NCBI RefSeq assembly: GCF_006345805.1
Contig: NC_043011.1
Coordinates: 46,326,464 to 46,390,463 of the forward strand
Source of the DNA: Octopus sinensis
Lineage: Eukaryota
Length of the DNA stretch: 64,000 bases
Direction: 5' to 3'
Shown here piece after piece: positions 63,761 through 64,000 of this stretch. The first letter of the stretch is position 1, and every line of letters begins with the position of its first letter. The notes under the pieces were generated by a model. The model had not been told where the DNA came from, searched no databases, and saw only the letters and a list, made by a program, of their open reading frames with translations. The translations under genes and the position numbers were made by a program.

Positions 63761-64000
63761 TATAACAACAACAACAATGGTGATGATTATGATGATGATG
63801 GTTATGATAATGATGTCAGCAATTATTTAAAAAGTTAAATTGATGAAATATTGAAAGTAGAGTTTATTATTTGATTGGATTAATCTTATTAACTGTGTTG
63901 TTTAAAATTGGGTAATGTTTGAAATATTAGTTTAGAATATAAATTACAAACTACAAATTCATCTAATGCATGATGTAAAGAAAAGTATTGCTGTTCTAAA

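Overview
AT-rich, repeat-dense animal genomic DNA. The repeat families match my recollection of octopus/coleoid cephalopod repeats (taxon is inference, not a database hit). I see no long ORF, rRNA, true tRNA gene or CRISPR array, and most ORF-track entries fall in microsatellites or repeats. The window contains dozens of short retroposon copies. Family A is a tRNA-headed SINE with an internal (TA/TG)n tract. Family B is a tRNA-headed SINE with a Deu/Nin-like core and two alternative tails. Family C has hairpin tandem units and a (GAT)n tail and is probably an RTE-LINE 3' end. D/E are modular SINEs. There are also decayed RTE, CR1-like and Penelope-like fragments, a deleted mariner, a DD37D (maT-type) transposase relic, mariner- and piggyBac-type MITEs, three Helitron/Helentron-type elements, many microsatellites and a recent 525-bp tandem duplication. 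Short splice-site-flanked, phase-compatible exon candidates on the minus strand suggest the window is mostly intron of one or two unidentified genes; these chains are hand-built and speculative. Best leads: the exon chains, a pre-miRNA-sized hairpin (3579-3632), a perfect 34-bp inverted repeat (44729-44831), head/body/tail shuffling among SINEs, and close inverted SINE pairs that could be ADAR substrates.
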